From assembly GCA_964187785.1 (NCBI GenBank), contig OZ076409.1, positions 19,904,001-19,968,000 on the forward strand: a stretch of 64,000 bases of DNA, in the 5' to 3' direction. This document shows positions 63,112 through 64,000 of the stretch, piece after piece. Every line of letters begins with the position of its first letter. Position 1 is the stretch's first letter. Source of the stretch: Amphiscolops sp. MND2022. Lineage: Eukaryota. Under the pieces are notes generated by a model that saw nothing but the letters and a program-made list of their open reading frames with translations, did no database searches and had not been told where the DNA came from. Both the position numbers and the translations under genes were made by a program.

Positions 63112-64000
63112 GTAAGTTAAGACCATGGATCACATTTTTCTGATTTTTCCACATCTCATAGCTATCTTTCGTGGCTTTTTTTCAATATTTCTGCGTACGT
63201 TGGAGTATAACCACCGAAAGTCAATATTACTTGCAGAAAGCGAGCGAGTCCTGAGCATTGAATTGTCCACTGAGAACTTTGACTACTTTCAAAGCGGTGA
63301 ATGCAAAAATTCATCACCACTTTTTAGCAGTATTCCTTTTGATTCGGTCTTGAGAATTGTTATCTTTTATTCAAGAAACAAAGCTTAAAGTCGAACATTT
63401 AAATTTTGAACAAATGAGATATTGTCCCGAAAACAGTATGTTTAACTAATAGATATAAATTTCGAAATTTATTTGATAACTTTTTGCATTTGCAAAAGTA
63501 TTACTGAGATTTGAAAGAGCTGATTTACCGATATAAAGAATATCGATATAGTAGTTACAAAAAATATTCAGGTACCTTTGAAGTTCATTTATTGAGCTGC
63601 AAAACTGTTTCATTGAGATGAAGTAGTGACCGGGTGCCTAGACTAAAGTTTTTGCATATCGACATAACATAACTCTCAAACTTTTTTTCATTTCAAACTC
63701 AATTTTCACTAACACTTCAATTCTCATTTCCGGGAAACCTAGCCATCGCCAAGATTGATCAAGGCGCAATGCTTACCAAGAATTAGGGTGCATTCTAGAA
63801 ACTTACCTAGAGTTCCAACTGTAAAAACTATCAAACAATGACTTCGAATCTGGTATAACAGATTTTTCAAATGCACCATGAAAATTATTTTCAGCTAAAT
63901 ATTTTATTGATCATGAGCATACCCCTTTCAAACAGTAATTGGCAAATTCTGCACGCGGCGACAATAATTCAATAATTGATACCTTATGAGTTGACTTTTG

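Overview
AT-rich, repeat-dense animal (invertebrate-type) genomic DNA with GT-AG introns and no prokaryotic operons or CRISPR arrays. Host genes: two spliced exons of a ZCCHC24-like zinc-knuckle gene (62089-63111, +) and a long Ser/Pro-rich exon (about 24475-25912, -). Mobile DNA dominates: a young but 3'-truncated BEL/Pao element with one 130-bp LTR, a tRNA-Trp PBS and an unusual 100-bp flanking duplication; a decayed second BEL/Pao element; a decayed Gypsy element; non-LTR RT relics; a Helentron-like (HINE/DINE-1-type) dispersed repeat family; and a hAT deletion derivative nested in a Merlin-like MITE, both with intact 8-bp TSDs. A 6.6-kb near-identical tandem duplication (7856-21063) carries a compound 56+190-bp spacer-less palindrome, and three more unrelated fold-back palindromes occur in the window. 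Weak motif evidence suggests very decayed Polinton/Maverick-like relics. No new multi-gene system could be established. The best leads are the one-ended BEL insertion and the palindromes. All comparisons were made by eye.
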